Below are positions 37,783 through 51,357 of a stretch of 64,000 bases of DNA, piece by piece. Made by a program: the position numbers and the translations under genes. How positions within the stretch are numbered: position 1 is the stretch's first letter; each line of letters starts with the position of its first letter. Under the pieces are notes generated by a model. It saw only the letters and a list, made by a program, of their open reading frames with translations, was not told the DNA's origin and searched no databases. Source of the stretch: Somniosus microcephalus (taxonomy: Eukaryota); the NCBI GenBank assembly GCA_052327205.1, contig CM126215.1:62496001-62560000 (forward strand), read 5' to 3'.

Positions 37783-40762
37783 ATGCCGAAGACTGGCAAT
37801 ATTACTGCTTTCGATAGTGATATAGAAGATTGGACCACATATGTGGAAAGAGTGGAGGTATATTGCAAGGCGAATGAAGTAGCGGATGATAAAAAGGCAT
37901 CGGTACTTCTAAATCTGATGGGCACAAGGACATAGGGGCTGTTACGAAACTTAATCACTCCAGCCAAACCGATGGACAAGAATTTTAATGAGATTGTTGA
38001 TACCTTACAGGAGCACTTAAACCCAACACCGCTGCTGATAGCGGAACGATTCAAATTCTTCAGGAGGAATCAGCACAAGAATGAAAGTAACGCTGATTAC
38101 CTCACCGAATTACGAAAGATGTCAAAGCACTGCCAATTCGGGGCAGGACTGGCAGATTACGAGACAAATTCGTCTGCGGTCTCCTAAGCGAAGGAACACA
38201 GAAAAGACTACTTTCTGAGAAAGATTTGACACTGGACAAGGCTTTCAGTGTGGCTGTATCATACGAAGCAGCAGCAAGAGGAGCTGCAGAGATACAGCAA
38301 AAGCCACAGGACTTCGGCACCCATGAAATGACACGGGGTTTCGAGAGATGTTATCGCTGCGGCAGATCCACCCATGACCAGAAGGACTGCTGGTTCAAGG
38401 ACAAAGCATGCAGGCAATGCGGAAAGATGGGACACATTGCACGTGTATGCAGATCTGGAAAGAAATCCGCTGACAGTAAAGGTCAACAAGGAAAAGTACA
38501 GAAAGGTACAAATGATGACGGACAGTAGCTCCGAAGACCGGAAGAGCGATAGCGACTCCGGAAAGAAGAGACTAAGCTGTCTCAAATTACATAATGTAAT
38601 TGCCAAAGAAGATTACCAGACCATTTGGGTTACCCTCACGATAGCGGGGTCCCCAGTCAAAATGGAGCTAGATACAGGATCAGCTCTGACCGTCATGAGT
38701 CGACGGGATTACGAGCGGCTATTTCCGCATATACCTTTGAAAGACACATCCATTGTCTTGAAGACATATACGGGGCAGAAAGTATACCCCAGAGGGAAAA
38801 TAAGGGTGCCTGTTGTATACAACGGCAAGGAAATACAGAAGTTGTATTTATATGTTCTGCAAGATGGTGGTCCACCGTTGTTGGGACATGAATGGATCAG
38901 AAAGATACGTTTAGACTGGCACTCCATTCAGGCACTGACGGTGACCAGTAAGAAAAAAAACGATGATGACGTCATACCTGGACGATTAAAAGAAATCTTG
39001 GCTAACGCCAAAGAAGTGTTTCAACAGGAACTAGGAACCCTGAAAGGCGCCACCGCCTCAATAAAAGTGGAAAATGCGGCAATTCACAAGTTTTTTAAGG
39101 CAAGGCCGGTGCCATACGCAACTCGTCCAGCTGTCGAGGCAGAACTGGAGAATTTGGAAAAAGCAGGCGTGTTATCCAAGGTAGATTGGAGCGAGTGGGC
39201 AACACCCATCGTCCCATGAAAAAAAACGTTGAATAATGATAAATATGAAGAACAGAGAAAAGTTTGCATCTGTGGGGACTTCAAGGTGACTGTAAACCCG
39301 GTTCTTCACACGGTACAGTATCCTCTTCCGAGGATAGAAGATATTTTCGCCTCACTATCCGGAGGGAAACGTTTCACCAAAATTGACTTAGCACAGGCAT
39401 ATCTACAGATGGAGGTTGAGGAGGCCTTTAAAAAGTATCTCACGATAAACACACACAAAGGCCTGTACCAGTACAATCGACTGGTTTTCGGAGTGGCATC
39501 AGCTCGGCTATCTGGCAAAGAGCTATGGAGCAAGTCCTGCAAGGGATTCCGGGGACTCAATGCTACCTAGACGACACCCTTGTAACAGGAGAAAATGACA
39601 ACGAGCACCTTGCCAACTTGGAGCAGGTGCTCACGAGGCTGAGAGAACGGGGCCTACGAGCAAATCGCCCCAAATGCGAATTTTTCCAGAAACAAAGGGG
39701 CATCTGGGTGGAGTGAAAATGAAGAACTTAGCCAGAGCGTTTGTGTGGTGGCCAGGTATCGATGGAGACATCGAAGAAATGACCAAGAGTTGTCTAGGAT
39801 GCCAGAAGGTCCAAAACGCCCCACCACAAGCTCCTCTACATCCATGGGAGTGGCCCTCATCTCCATGGCAAAGGGTACATATCGACTTTGCTGGTCCATT
39901 TATGGACTCAATGTTCTTAATCGCGGTGGATGCACACTCCAAGTGGCCGGAGGTAATAAAGATGTCCTCCACCACCACGGAAAAAACCATCACAGTATTA
40001 AGGACCATATTCGCCAGGAATGGGCTGCCTGAACAGATCTGTTCTGGTAATGGACCGCAATTTGTATCCGAAGAATTCAGGAAGTTCTTAAAAAACAATG
40101 GGGTTAAGCACTACACGTCCGCCCCATACCATCCCGCCACCAATGGCTTGGCTGAAAGGTTTGTCCAGACCTTCAAGAAGGCCATAAAGGCCATGGACAA
40201 TGAAGACATAAATCTACAACATAAGGTAGATAACTTCTTGTTTGCGTACAGGAATGCAACACATGTGGTTACAAACCAAAGCCCCGCCATGATGTTTTTC
40301 AATAGAAGATTAAGATGCCGGCTGGATTTGGTCAAGCCAAACGTCAGAAGGGACGTAGAGAACCGGCAATTTCAAAGCATGAATGAAAGGCCAACTAGAA
40401 CCTTCCAGATAGGCCAACCAGTTTTGGCCCGGGACTACCGTACCGAGAAATGGCAGCCTGGAACTATTTGCACACGACTAGGACCGCTGATGTATACCGT
40501 GGACATTGGAGAAAGCATAATAAGGCGCCATGCTGACCAGATCATAGAGTCATCCGAAAAAGGACAACCTACACCACAACTCTATACGCCTAGTGATGAA
40601 GCAGAGATACCCATAGTATCTACCTCCGATCCGGTGATACTGGAACCAGATGAACCCGACACTGGCATTGAAGCCGAATCGACCTTGCCAAAAGAACCTA
40701 CTACACCACCGAGGTGTTATCCGGACCAAGTCAGGAAGCTTCCAGAGAGACTGAATTTGTAA
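37783..40762 (+). pseudogene. Gypsy gag-pol (two CCHC knuckles, protease, partial RT, integrase)
   Basis: CYRCGRSTHDQKDC, CRQCGKMGHIARVC, LDTGS, YLDD, GHLG..KMK..C..C, HIDFAGP, NGLAERFVQTFK. Contains stops and frameshifts, and RNase H is missing. Confidence 0.93.
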
Positions 40763-40862
40763 TTGATTAACTTCAGCAAATGTGTATATTATTGTTCTTG
40801 TAAAAATGTTATTTAATGATTACTTAAAATGTTATGTACTATTTATCTAAAAGGGGAGGAAT

Positions 40863-41051
40863 TGTAGTGTATGTACCTTTAAGAGGAACTATGTTTTTGA
40901 AGCCCCTGTATACTGTAGTACCAGTAGTGACCACTCGGGTATATAAGCCTGTGTAGCGTCTTGTGTTGTTAGTTCACCTCCACTTTGTTCAGTAAACACT
41001 TGTTAAATCAACTCCTGCATTCCATGTCTCCATTAACACACGGATCTAACA
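40863..41051 (+). repeat. 3' LTR (189 bp)
   Basis: By eye differs from the 5' LTR by 2 substitutions and one 2-bp indel. Preceded by the PPT. Confidence 0.95.
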
Positions 41052-44000
41052 ATAACTTGCTCTATGATTTTTCCTGCCAAAGTGCATAACCTCACACTTT
41101 CCAGCATTGTATTCCATCTGCCAAATCTCTGCCCACTTACTTAGCCTGTCTATGTCCCTTTGCAGGTTTTTTATGTCCTCCTCACTCACTACTTTCCCTC
41201 CCATCTTAGTATCATCTGCAAACTTTGATATGTTACACTCGGTCCCCTCCTCCAAATCGTTAATATAGATTGTAAAGAGTTGGGGACCCAGCACTGACCC
41301 CTGCGGAACACCACTAGTTACTGATTGCCAGTCTGAGAACGAACCATTTATCCCAACTCTCTGCTTTCTGTTAGATAGCCAATCCTCTATCCATGCCAGA
41401 ATATTACCCCCAATCCTGTGATTTTTATCTTGAGCAATAATCTTTTGTGTGGCACCTTGTCAAATGCCTTTCGGAAGTCTAAATACACTACGTCCACTGG
41501 TTCCCCTTTATCCACCCTGTATGTTACTTCCTCAAAGAACTCAAGCAAATAAACCACTTCCAGCACCAGTTTGGTGCTTGACACAGGTAGGGTTTTCTTG
41601 TCTATTTGTTCCAGAGGGGTTTCTGGTTTAAAGTATAATGTGTTTTTAATATCCAGTAAGTTTCTCGATACTGAGGGTTAATCCCCAAGGGTCCAGCATC
41701 CTTTCCTTTATCTTGACAAAAGAAGGCAGGCTGGTGGTGTCGCAACAAACAAGATATATTAATGGGTTCTCCTGCAAGTTAATGGCCCAGCCATTTAAAC
41801 TGCATGCTTAACAGTCTGGGATAATAGTTGGTTTGCATCATATTCTAATACGTCCATTAGGCATTAGGAATTCACACATGAATGTGTTGGGCAGGGCTAA
41901 ATTCAAGTATCAACAACAAGAATCCAGGAGGGTGGTAGACAGTTCAATCTGTAGCCCTACTGGCCAACCCCTGGATAGGTAGAGGTTCAGAGGTCAAGCT
42001 GCTGACTTCCTGTACAGCTAAAAACAAAGGGCAGACACAGATAGCTTAAAGGCCAGTTCGGCAAAATCTGCTGAGAAAGACAGACATGGGCCAAAGTATT
42101 GTGTAAGAAAGTCAATCAGAGCAAGGACACTTTGGTTAAAAAAATTAGTTGGGCCTGCTAACAGGAATAGTGTAGTCTGTTTTTGATATTTTTAATACTA
42201 CAAGGTGAGGTGAGATTTGTTATAGATGTTACTCTGAAAGTTTAATTTACAATTGTTAAGTGAACAAAGTTGTTTAAAGTGTGAATCAGTCTACCTTTTT
42301 GGAAGATTGGAGAGGTGCACGTCGCTGCATGGTATCCAGTTCATATAACTAGGGGGTTTCATTGCTACGGCCCAGGTCACATTATCATATGACTTGATAT
42401 TGAGCAGTGAAGGCTGATTATAATGGACATGGGAGAAAAAAGTGACACTGAACCCGAGAGAATATATGGAGCCCAACTAAAATGATTGCTTCCTGCACGA
42501 TTTGAATGCACAAAGATTGTCATAATGTTATATGATCTACCTTTAAGCATCATAGTCATTCCTATTCATGTTAACTCAATACTCAGAGGGTTAAATGGTC
42601 ATTACTTTGACAAGAAAAAAACTGACACATATGACGCAAACCCTCTGAAAAGTAAAGGAATTATTTGATGGAGATTCTCTCATTTGCCCTTTGGCATCTT
42701 TCGTATCTCTAAGAGTTGGGAGCTGGAGACTGATTAAGGGTAGACTGGTGTCAGATACAGTGCCAGAAGCAGAGTGCTGTGTATAAATGCTCTTGTCAAT
42801 TGCTTGCTTCCTATTGAGAATTATGATTACCTTTTCTAGCGAGCATAGGGAGGCATTGCAGAGATCTGTCTGGTAAAGCACAGTGTAACCATTCACAGGA
42901 CCTAAGGATCAATGAACGTGGCAGGCAGTAATGGATAGGGGCATATGTTATGCTAACAAGAAAATGCATCCATCTACAAAGAAGCAGGTTGCTGAAAACT
43001 GCACTGGTTTCCACATATATTTGATTTGTGCATGTAATTTTAACACACTATGGCCTTCAGCAGAAATTCTGAATCACCTCATCAGAAATATTCAGGGTTG
43101 AGTTATTTTAGAGTGGTAATATATTGTAGTTAAATAGTATAGTTTTTATAACCAATAGACAAATTAAATAACTTCACAAGTGATGCACATTTTCTTTACT
43201 TACGTCAGTAATGCAATAAAGCCTTTAAATTTGCATTCCAAAATTAAGAGAACTTTCAATTTCATGACTTAGAAATTAGATGGCGCCACACCGTTTTTCA
43301 GGTGCGAAACAGGTGCCTAAACATCCAATATGGCGGGTAGGGCGCGTGCACTCATTACGTGCTGGAAGTGCGCTGCCAGCCATATCGGTAAAGGTGTCAG
43401 GTGACCGCGTTCAGGAGAACGTGGTCTACATGCGGCCTAAATAGCAGTCTTTAAATGTGCCATGGAGATAAAAAAAATTTTAAAGAAGCCAGCCGAAATT
43501 GGTTCTCTTCAAACCGGCGAGCTGGCTCGGCATGCCTGATTGGCATCTGCAGCTTGCTGGCAAAATGCTGAAGAGGCCAGAGGCCCAATTTGGGATGAGT
43601 CTCGGGCCTCCGGCTTCTGGCATTCCTCGGAGCACACCACCTATTTCCGGCCAAAAAAGGACTTAGACAAGTTTCTAGCCCAGTGTCTCCTGCATGAAGT
43701 GGGCTGGTCATCATCATCATAATGTTCCACAACGGATTGATATCCTTCCACCTCCTCGTCATCACCTTCCAGCTGCTACACTCCTTGCGTGGATGGCACT
43801 ATATATGAAGTGCCTGACTGAATAAGTCAAAGGTGGTAATGGTGCTGCTGAAGAGCTATGTGCTCCTCATGCTGCCTATACTGCAGCCCAAACCGGCTGC
43901 CGTACTGTGTCACAAGTTACCACAGCAGTCACCATGACAATCTTTAGACTCGGGGCAGCTGTCAGAATCCACTCTGCTTTACCCACAAACAGCTGTGGAT

Positions 44001-45208
44001 CTCCAGGCTTCTTCCTGCATTAGCTCAGCTGTCGCCATGAGTTGCAACAGTTCCAGCTTCACTTGTGTGCACCCGCCAAGATTTAGTTTTGCTTTTTAAA
44101 AAAATAAATCCTTTTTTTGTAGTAGCCAGGAACAAAACTTAATTTCACTATATCAAGCACATTGTTTTTACTGTAAATTACTATATAAAGTGTATGCACT
44201 GTCAACATCAGTAATTGCACTGTCAAGGATTGTATAACCATGTACGCCGTAGGATGGAAAAGTAATAAACCCACTTTTGAAACTGATGTTTATAATGACA
44301 TTTTACTCTAAGAGTACTGATATGTTAGGTATTAATCTTTTGTTTCTCAGAAAATATCAATCAACACAATAGAAATAATTGAGTGAGTCTTGTTTCATGG
44401 CCTGTGCCACTGGAAATATGCATTGGACAGCTTTTGTCTGGTGTGGTCCTAATACATGATTAGGAGTTCGCTACGTCTAAAAGTATTTCACTTTTTTAGA
44501 AAAAAGCCCACCGATTATTAAGAGCAGAACTCAAAAGCCTTGAAGAAATGAAGTGCACTTTCATTGATTTTAGTACAAGATGAATTTAAAGAAGCCAGAC
44601 AAACAAGATAGCTTCTTCAAAGCATAAAATTATGTTTTAAAGCTTCTATTATTAAGTGCATAGAAACAGCATTTTGTACATAATACCTGTTATGGTATAA
44701 ACGTGGACGTTAAAATGCTCAGGCATTAGTTGTAATCAAAACAACCTTTAAAAGATTTATAGTATGAACCGTGATATTTTAAAATGTCATGCCCTCATGG
44801 ATTTAAAGAAAATCAATGAATGTGACGTGAATAAAATCTGACCTATCAGAGGAAAGCTTGACTATCTCCCTGCAGCATTTTTAAACAAAGATTGAGGGCA
44901 GGCGCTTAAATTGTGGCACTGTTGATTGATTGTCTTTGGTCAAGGATCCAAAATTGTCAACAGAATTAACTTACGGAGAAAAATGGTCAAAATGCAAGAA
45001 CAAGACATCTGCACATCTTCAGGTTCACAGACTGAAACCTTTGCAAAAGGCTAGGCTCAGCTGGTAGCTCTATGTTATTAGGTTGTCAGAGTTCTTAGCG
45101 ACTTATTGAAGGCACAGTGGGGGAGGGAGGGGATGCACTTATAGGGAAAGCCTCAGCTGCCATTGTAGTGATTGTATTTAGATAATTTGATTCTCAGTAT
45201 GAAATATA

Positions 45209-45926
45209 GGGCTCAAAATTCGGTGCATTTGCGCCTTTTGTTAACGGGGCGCAAACGACTTTTCACCCGGGCACGGCGCAGATAACGACTCCCGCTAAAT
45301 TCAGTGGGAGTTTAGCGGCGGCGGTAACCGGTAGTGCCCCGCTTCACTGCACAGGCGATGATGACGTCTTCACCGTGTGCAGCGCCCCATTTTTGCCCCG
45401 CCTGCAAAATTGACCGGGTGATGACAGTGACCGATTCAGGGGGTGGGAAAGGAGCGGCAGGAGGCTCGCGGGGCGCTAACTAGAAGGGAGGTGGTGGGTG
45501 GGGAAATAAAAAATCATCTGACTTGCTTGTCGCGGCCCGTTGCATCTTTGAACACGGGGTTCATGCCACAACTTGGCAGTCCGGCACTCCTGGAGTGCCA
45601 GGCTGCTGCATGGCACCCCACTCCCCGGTGTTCCAGGTAAGACCCCGCAGAGTTGTGGGCTTGGGCCCTCCCCTTTAAAGAAGGGAAGAGCCCTTTCATG
45701 CGGCAGTGCTACGTGGCCCAGTGTGTATCGCTGCAGAACGCGCCGCCCCGATATTTGGTGTTACCGCTCTAAGAAGGAAGTGGAGCGCTTGAATTAGCGA
45801 TCCACCTCCCTCTTGGGGCAATAAAGCTGAAGTTAGCGATCGCCAGCGCTATTTTTCGTCGGGCGCTACATTTAGCGCCCAGGCGACGTTAGCGACCTAA
45901 AATGGTCGCTAACAAATTTTTCCCCC
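45209..45926. mobile_element. CpG-rich non-autonomous DNA transposon (MITE)
   Basis: GGGCTCAAAATT / AAATTTTTCCCCC ends, and GC/CpG content sharply above the flanks. Confidence 0.55.
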
Positions 45927-47239
45927 AAAATGTATTGAAGGTATTTTGAAAAGTATGGCCTTCATATAAGAACCTTTCTGTCACCAGTAGTAAAGATCAA
46001 AACTTACTTCATAATCTATAGGTCCCTGAAATGAGCACAGATTAATTCTTGAATACCTGAATTCACACAATTCAAGCAATTTTGAATTGAGGTTGATTTG
46101 TTCCTATTAAAAGATTGACAACATGCATGTGAAGAGGTCTGAGATGTTCCTCTGTGTATATGTGTTGATACTTATCCTATCTGCCATAGGCTTTTGCAGT
46201 CATGGTGAGTGACTGGTGGGGAGGGAGCTGACCAACTTAGTTTATATTCATTTCTCTAGTCCAGGGAGGGAACAGTCTCAGTCCCTAGCTATTTGGTAGC
46301 AGAGTATATGTCTGTGCTTCCTGTGAGTATTGAGTTGGAGGAGAGAATTATCTGCATTTAATTCCTGGCAAAATAACAATCACTAGGTAGGCATGTTACC
46401 CTGTGGACAAGGAAAGGTCATATGCTAGCGAGTGAGATTAGAATCAAATCTCTGGATTGTTCTTATCAGATAGTTTGGATTCTCACCATTGCTGCTTTGT
46501 CTTTGAACTGCCCAACTGGATGTGATAGCGCGATCAACATCACAGTGTGTGAGTATGTGTAAACAGAAGTTTCTCACTGCCAGCCAGGATCGCCTGGTGA
46601 TACAGCCCTTTTAAACTGGCATCCTGACTTAGCTAATTGGTCCCTTCACTCATGTCAGTGCAGCTGGTAGAAAGAGTACATCTTCATTTTTCTCAGCATT
46701 GATTAATTTCCGCTGGCCAGATACTCAAAGTTACAGTGAAGGGATCCCTTACAGCGCTTCACTAAGACCAAGGATGAATCAGTGTTGACTAAATGAAGAG
46801 GGATATCCAGGTAAATCACTTTAAAAGATGTCCAGAGGTGCAGATTGTAAACTTTTGATTTAGTCCTCCTCACGTTTTATTCTTGTTACAATGAATTCTA
46901 CCATAGTCTGTAATAAAACACATTGCAGAGATTTTTATGTATTTCCAAGCAACTCTGCTAGGGTTGACATCCTTATTTCAGAGGTATACCTTCAGCCTCC
47001 AGATTGATACTTATCTCTATAGCAGCAAGAGGCTCCTTCGATCCAAAGTATAGTAGCAATACAAATACCCATTGAAAATCAGTTTTTTTCAAGAGTTCTT
47101 TCCTTGGAAAAATAAATAATAGCACCCTATCAGCTGATGGAATCTGCCTGAAATAAAACTGAGAAGAAATCAGTTGATAAATAAAAATTGAAAAACATTT
47201 TTTAGGTACCATTCATTATCTATTTAAACACCAATCTAT

Positions 47240-47540
47240 CTATCAGGTGAGACATTACGTTGAGGAACTGTCTGTCTGTTCAGGTAAATGTTAAATAATG
47301 ACATTATTTGAAGAAGAGCAAGGAATTCTTCCAGGGACCTGGACTAATATATATCCCTCAACCAGCATCACTAAAAGCAAATTAACAGGTCATGGATGTA
47401 AATTGATATTTGTGGCACAAGATTGGTTGCTGCATTTGCCTCCAGTAACACTTTTGACTCACTTCGAAAGTATTTCTTTGGATATGAAGCACTTTGAGAT
47501 GTCTTGAGGATATAATAAAGCATCATATAAATGTAAGTTC
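47240..47540 (+). mobile_element. Degraded DeuSINE (SacSINE1-like) 3' part
   Basis: Diverged reverse complement of 62080-62380 (tttgaagaagagca..gg..ttct.cc....cctgg.c.aatat.tatccctcaacc) with an L2-type tail. Confidence 0.6.
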
Positions 47541-47584
47541 TTTATCTTTCACTCACATACTTATGCCTGGTTTCGTTCACCTTT

Positions 47585-48200
47585 TTGCAAGGGGGGTTGG
47601 AGTATAAGAGTAAGGAAGTCTTGCTACAATTGTACAGGGCCTTGGTGAGACCACACCTGGAGTACTGTGCACAGTTTTGGTCTCCTTATCTAAGGAAGGA
47701 TATACTTGCCTTGGAGGCGGTGCAACAAAGGTTCACTAGATTGATTCCTGGGATGAGAGGGCTGTCCTATGATGAGAGATTGTATAGAATGGGCCTATAC
47801 TCTCTGGAGTTTAGAAGATTGATGGGGGATCTCATTGAAACATACAAGATTCTGAAGGGGATTGACAGTGTAGATGCTGAGAGGTTGTTTCCCCTGGGTG
47901 GAGTGTCTAGAACTAGGGGGCATAGTCTCAGGATAAGGGCTAGGCCATTTAAGACTGAGATGAGGAGGAATGTCTTCACTCAGAGGGTTGTAAATCTTTG
48001 GCCCCAGAGGGCTGTGAATGCTGAGTCGTTGAGTATATTCAAGGCTGAGATAGGCAGATTTTTGGACTCATGGGGAATCAAGGGATATGGAGATCGGGCC
48101 GGAAAGTGGAGTTGAGGTTGATGATCAGCCATGATCTTATTGAATGGCGGAGCAAGCTCGGGAGGCCGTATGGCCGACTCCTGCTCCTATTTCTTATGTT
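47585..48200 (+). mobile_element. CR1 LINE 3' end
   Basis: 176-aa ORF LYRALVRPHLEYCAQFWSPYL...FTQRVVNLW and a CR1 3' UTR. Confidence 0.9.
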
Positions 48201-49283
48201 TTCATTCACACTGCTGTCATGTTACTTTACTTGTTAAATTATCATTTTGGTTACAGGTTTAATTTCAACCACAAATGGATACAACAGGAATTAAAAGAAA
48301 AAAACTTCAAGATACTCGTTTTTCATTGTTTTTTTTGTAACATATTATCTCTGAGTCCGACAGGTCTTTAGTTCTTGTGCTGGTTTACATGTAATCCCAA
48401 GTGGCAAGACATTGAAAGATCAACAATCCTTCCAATCCCATTAGATAAAAGAATAAATGAATAGGAGTGAGCAGCAGATTGAATTGCAGACCAGATGTGG
48501 GCCAAGTTGAAACATTTTTATTTGATTTTACATGACCCAAAGACGGTTAACTTGGGCCAGCGTGGATTTGAATTTAACTTGCAAAGACAAGACAATGCTG
48601 TGCGTGCACGAGAGAGAAAATATCCATGTCTGCATCTGTTACTCCTTTGCCCATGCCCTGCCATTATTATGTGTGCATCTAACTCAAAACCATCCAGTTT
48701 TGGGTCTTGCTAAATTGTGCTCATCCCATGATTAGTATCCCTGTATTATGACATGTGCCAAGTGAACAGCTGCTCTCTGCGGCTAGAGTACAGTAATAAT
48801 GTTAGGCAGACACTTTATTTTCTTCTCCTGCAGACACTGATTCCTGCTGCGGGACAATTCCACAGTGCAAGGCACCCTCTGCTAGCTTGTCTAAGTATCC
48901 ATTCTTGCATGGTAGCTCAGAGCGTGAATGTCAGCAGTTTATTCAACTGTGAAGGGCATGACAACCAAGGCCAATCATATCTTCACTCCCCATCCAGGTG
49001 CATGTATATTCCAGCTGGGGTCAGTGGATAATGATTAGAGGGGAGAACGGTGGTCATTTTTTCCCCCTTCCTTAAACCAAAAGTCAGTGAGACTGATTTT
49101 AGCACATGAGCTGAGATCAGCAAACTCAACCCCAACCTGGAACTTCTGCGAAGTATGTTCTGATTATATACTGCCTTTACCAACTGAGCTATTAAGGAAA
49201 GTAGCAAGTAGACATCTTTTAAGTAAAGTTAGGTACTTTCATTTATTTGTAACCAACAGAGCCATTAACCTAGAAAGTTATTT

Positions 49284-49912
49284 GGGCCAGTTTTCAGGCG
49301 GCAAATATGAGCAGAGAACGATCCATGCACCCGAAGAAGGAGTCCCGAGGATCGCGAGGAATTGGTCCTCATCTCAATAATCGCAGCGAGCTGCCGACGC
49401 CTGTCTGGTCTTCACAGACAGCTCGGCCAACTGGAGAAGCAAAGCTCGGGCTACCTTCCTCACTGACTGTGGCCCTTAAGTAAGTTCCAGCAGGGGAAGG
49501 AAAAAGGACAACGTGAGTGGAGCCGATCGCCGGCCAGTAGCGAGCCTGAGTAGGGCTGTTCACCAGGGAGGAGCATTCCTGCTTCTCCTAGCACCACAGG
49601 AACATAAAAAAAATTAAAACATACCTTTTGTTGCTTAGGCTGCAGCGGCCACTAAAGAGCTCTGGATGGGACAGGCCTAAAGCTATCGACGCTCATCGGA
49701 GACCACATTAGCAGCGAGGGCCTAAAACAGGCGTTATGCTGCTCATTTACATACGTAAGGGGCCTCGTGCCTATTTCCGGCACTGGCCTCGGTCCAATTT
49801 CGGGTCGAAAGTTTTTAAGCATCCTTGGGGCGCAGGAAATTGGTCCCCAAAATTGGGCATCGTTTCATAAAATGGATGTAAAACGGGTGGAATGAGATCC
49901 AATTTCTACCCC
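49284..49912. mobile_element. Non-autonomous DNA transposon (MITE)
   Basis: GGGCCAGTTTT / AATTTCTACCCC ends, CpG-rich. A related remnant lies at about 8060-8475. Confidence 0.5.
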
Positions 49913-50071
49913 ATCTATTGTTGTAAAACAAATCAGAACCATTACTCATCAAAGTGGCATCAATTGTATTATTAGTTCATCACAAAGTAATGATATTTAA
50001 GTCCATGCTAATTTTTCAGTGTTACAGCTTGAAATAAATTGACCTATAACTCAAGTTTTCCCTGATTTCAA

Positions 50072-50286
50072 TGGAGGTGATTTCCTCTGATCACTGGGGA
50101 TTCCCTTGGAGGTGATTTCCTCTGATCACTGGGGATTCCCTTGGAGGTGATTTCCTCTGATCACTGGGGATTCCCTTGGAGGTGATTTCCTCTGATCACT
50201 GGGGATTCCCTTGGAGGTGATTTCCTCTGATCACTGGGGATTCCCTTGGAGGTGATTTCCTCTGATCACTGGGGATTCCCTTGGAG
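50072..50286. repeat. Minisatellite: 6 perfect copies of a 35-bp unit
   Basis: TGGAGGTGATTTCCTCTGATCACTGGGGATTCCCT starting at 50072, 50107, 50142, 50177, 50212 and 50247, plus a partial copy. Confidence 0.97.
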
Positions 50287-50608
50287 CTGCTCTCGCTCCA
50301 CCGCTGTAACTTTGCTGGAAACCTTGTTCATGCGCCTAAACAGGGTTTCCACCACACTTCCGGTGACGTTGCAGCGGTGAAGCTGGAGAAATTCCGAGCA
50401 AATTCCGGGTCTATGTGTCATAGCATCTTAAATAAATGTGGCAAAATTTCCTCATCAGTATTTGTAGACAAAGTCAAAACAATTTCAAAAAGACCACAAT
50501 TTGTGGTTTCACCAGAAATACTGGCTAAAGGAAATCTTGCTGTGACCAGAGTTACAGTGAGTAGTCTTAGACTCTGCTGATTTGCTGATCATGCATTGAA
50601 TACTTAAT

Positions 50609-51357
50609 GGTCTGAATCTTAACTCCCAAAAACAGGTGGGTTGGGGTCATGTCTGGTTAAAATGCAATAAATATGAAACAGGAACTTAACCTGCCCTCTT
50701 CCGGTTTGAATGCAGGCTGGATGAACTTGCGAAGCGGGTTTGTGATTTAAATATTATAATGAGGCTGCCTGCCTTCATTTTAACAGTCATTCTATTTTTA
50801 ACTCATGTTGGCCGGGTTTCCCAGGCCTCGGGAAGCCCAGCAGCTGCAAGGAGGCGAGAAGGTCTGAATCCATGAGGTAAGTGCCTTTACAGCACTGCTT
50901 ATGGGCCAGGAGGAGCAGGCGTGTTTCCTCCAGGCCCAACAAGCTACCCTCCAGAGATCTGTCTGCTCCTTCCCCCCTCCACGACCATTGGACCCCCCGA
51001 CCACCATCTGCTCCTCCTGACAACCATCGGAACACCCCCACCGACTCAAATCGGGACCATCCCCTGCAATTGGCACCCCTGCGATTGGGCCCCCCCACCC
51101 CCCCCAACGATCTCTAACACCCCCCCCACTAGACCTACCTGATCTCCTTGGCTGCGGTCTTGTGCTGCAGACTTCCCACCCAATAGACCTCCAGCCTGTT
51201 AATCAGGCTGCCTGTGGGCAAGAAACTGACAGAAACAAATTTAAAGGAGCCCTGCAGTTAAAAACTGCAGGACATTCAGGAAACCTGTTCTTCCGGGTTG
51301 CCCGACCTCAAACCTGTGGCCCCGCACAGAACTCACCTCCGGGCTAAAATCCAGGCC
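50609..51357. mobile_element. Harbinger-like MITE
   Basis: TIRs GGTCTGAATCTTAAC / GCTAAAATCCAGGCC, flanks AAT and AAC. Confidence 0.65.

Larger units (their letters stand above)
36934..41051 (+). mobile_element. Ty3/Gypsy LTR retrotransposon (Mag/K02A2.6-like), internally deleted
   Basis: TG..CA LTRs, 5-bp TSD ATAAC (36929-36933 and 41052-41056), PBS TGGCGACGAG complementary to a tRNA-Ser 3' end, PPT AAAAGGGGAGGA. Confidence 0.96.
33332..41550 (-). mobile_element. CR1 LINE split into three pieces (33332-33429, 36259-36933, 41052-41550) by hAT and Gypsy insertions
   Basis: RT peptides are contiguous across the insertions: DVVYLDFRKAFDKVPH, FADDTKMGG..KCEVMHFGRKN, then a 203-aa C-terminal ORF, then the 3' UTR. 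Confidence 0.88.

Noticed and set aside
43700-44080. Possible degraded Harbinger transposase remnant
   Set aside because: Only faint motif resemblance and no convincing reading frame.
48870-49200. Old tRNA-headed SINE-like relics (also about 59860-60130)
   Set aside because: Too diverged to assign a family or boundaries by eye.
50072-50286. 35-bp repeats as a CRISPR array
   Set aside because: Units are head-to-tail with no spacers, there are no cas genes, and the context is vertebrate.
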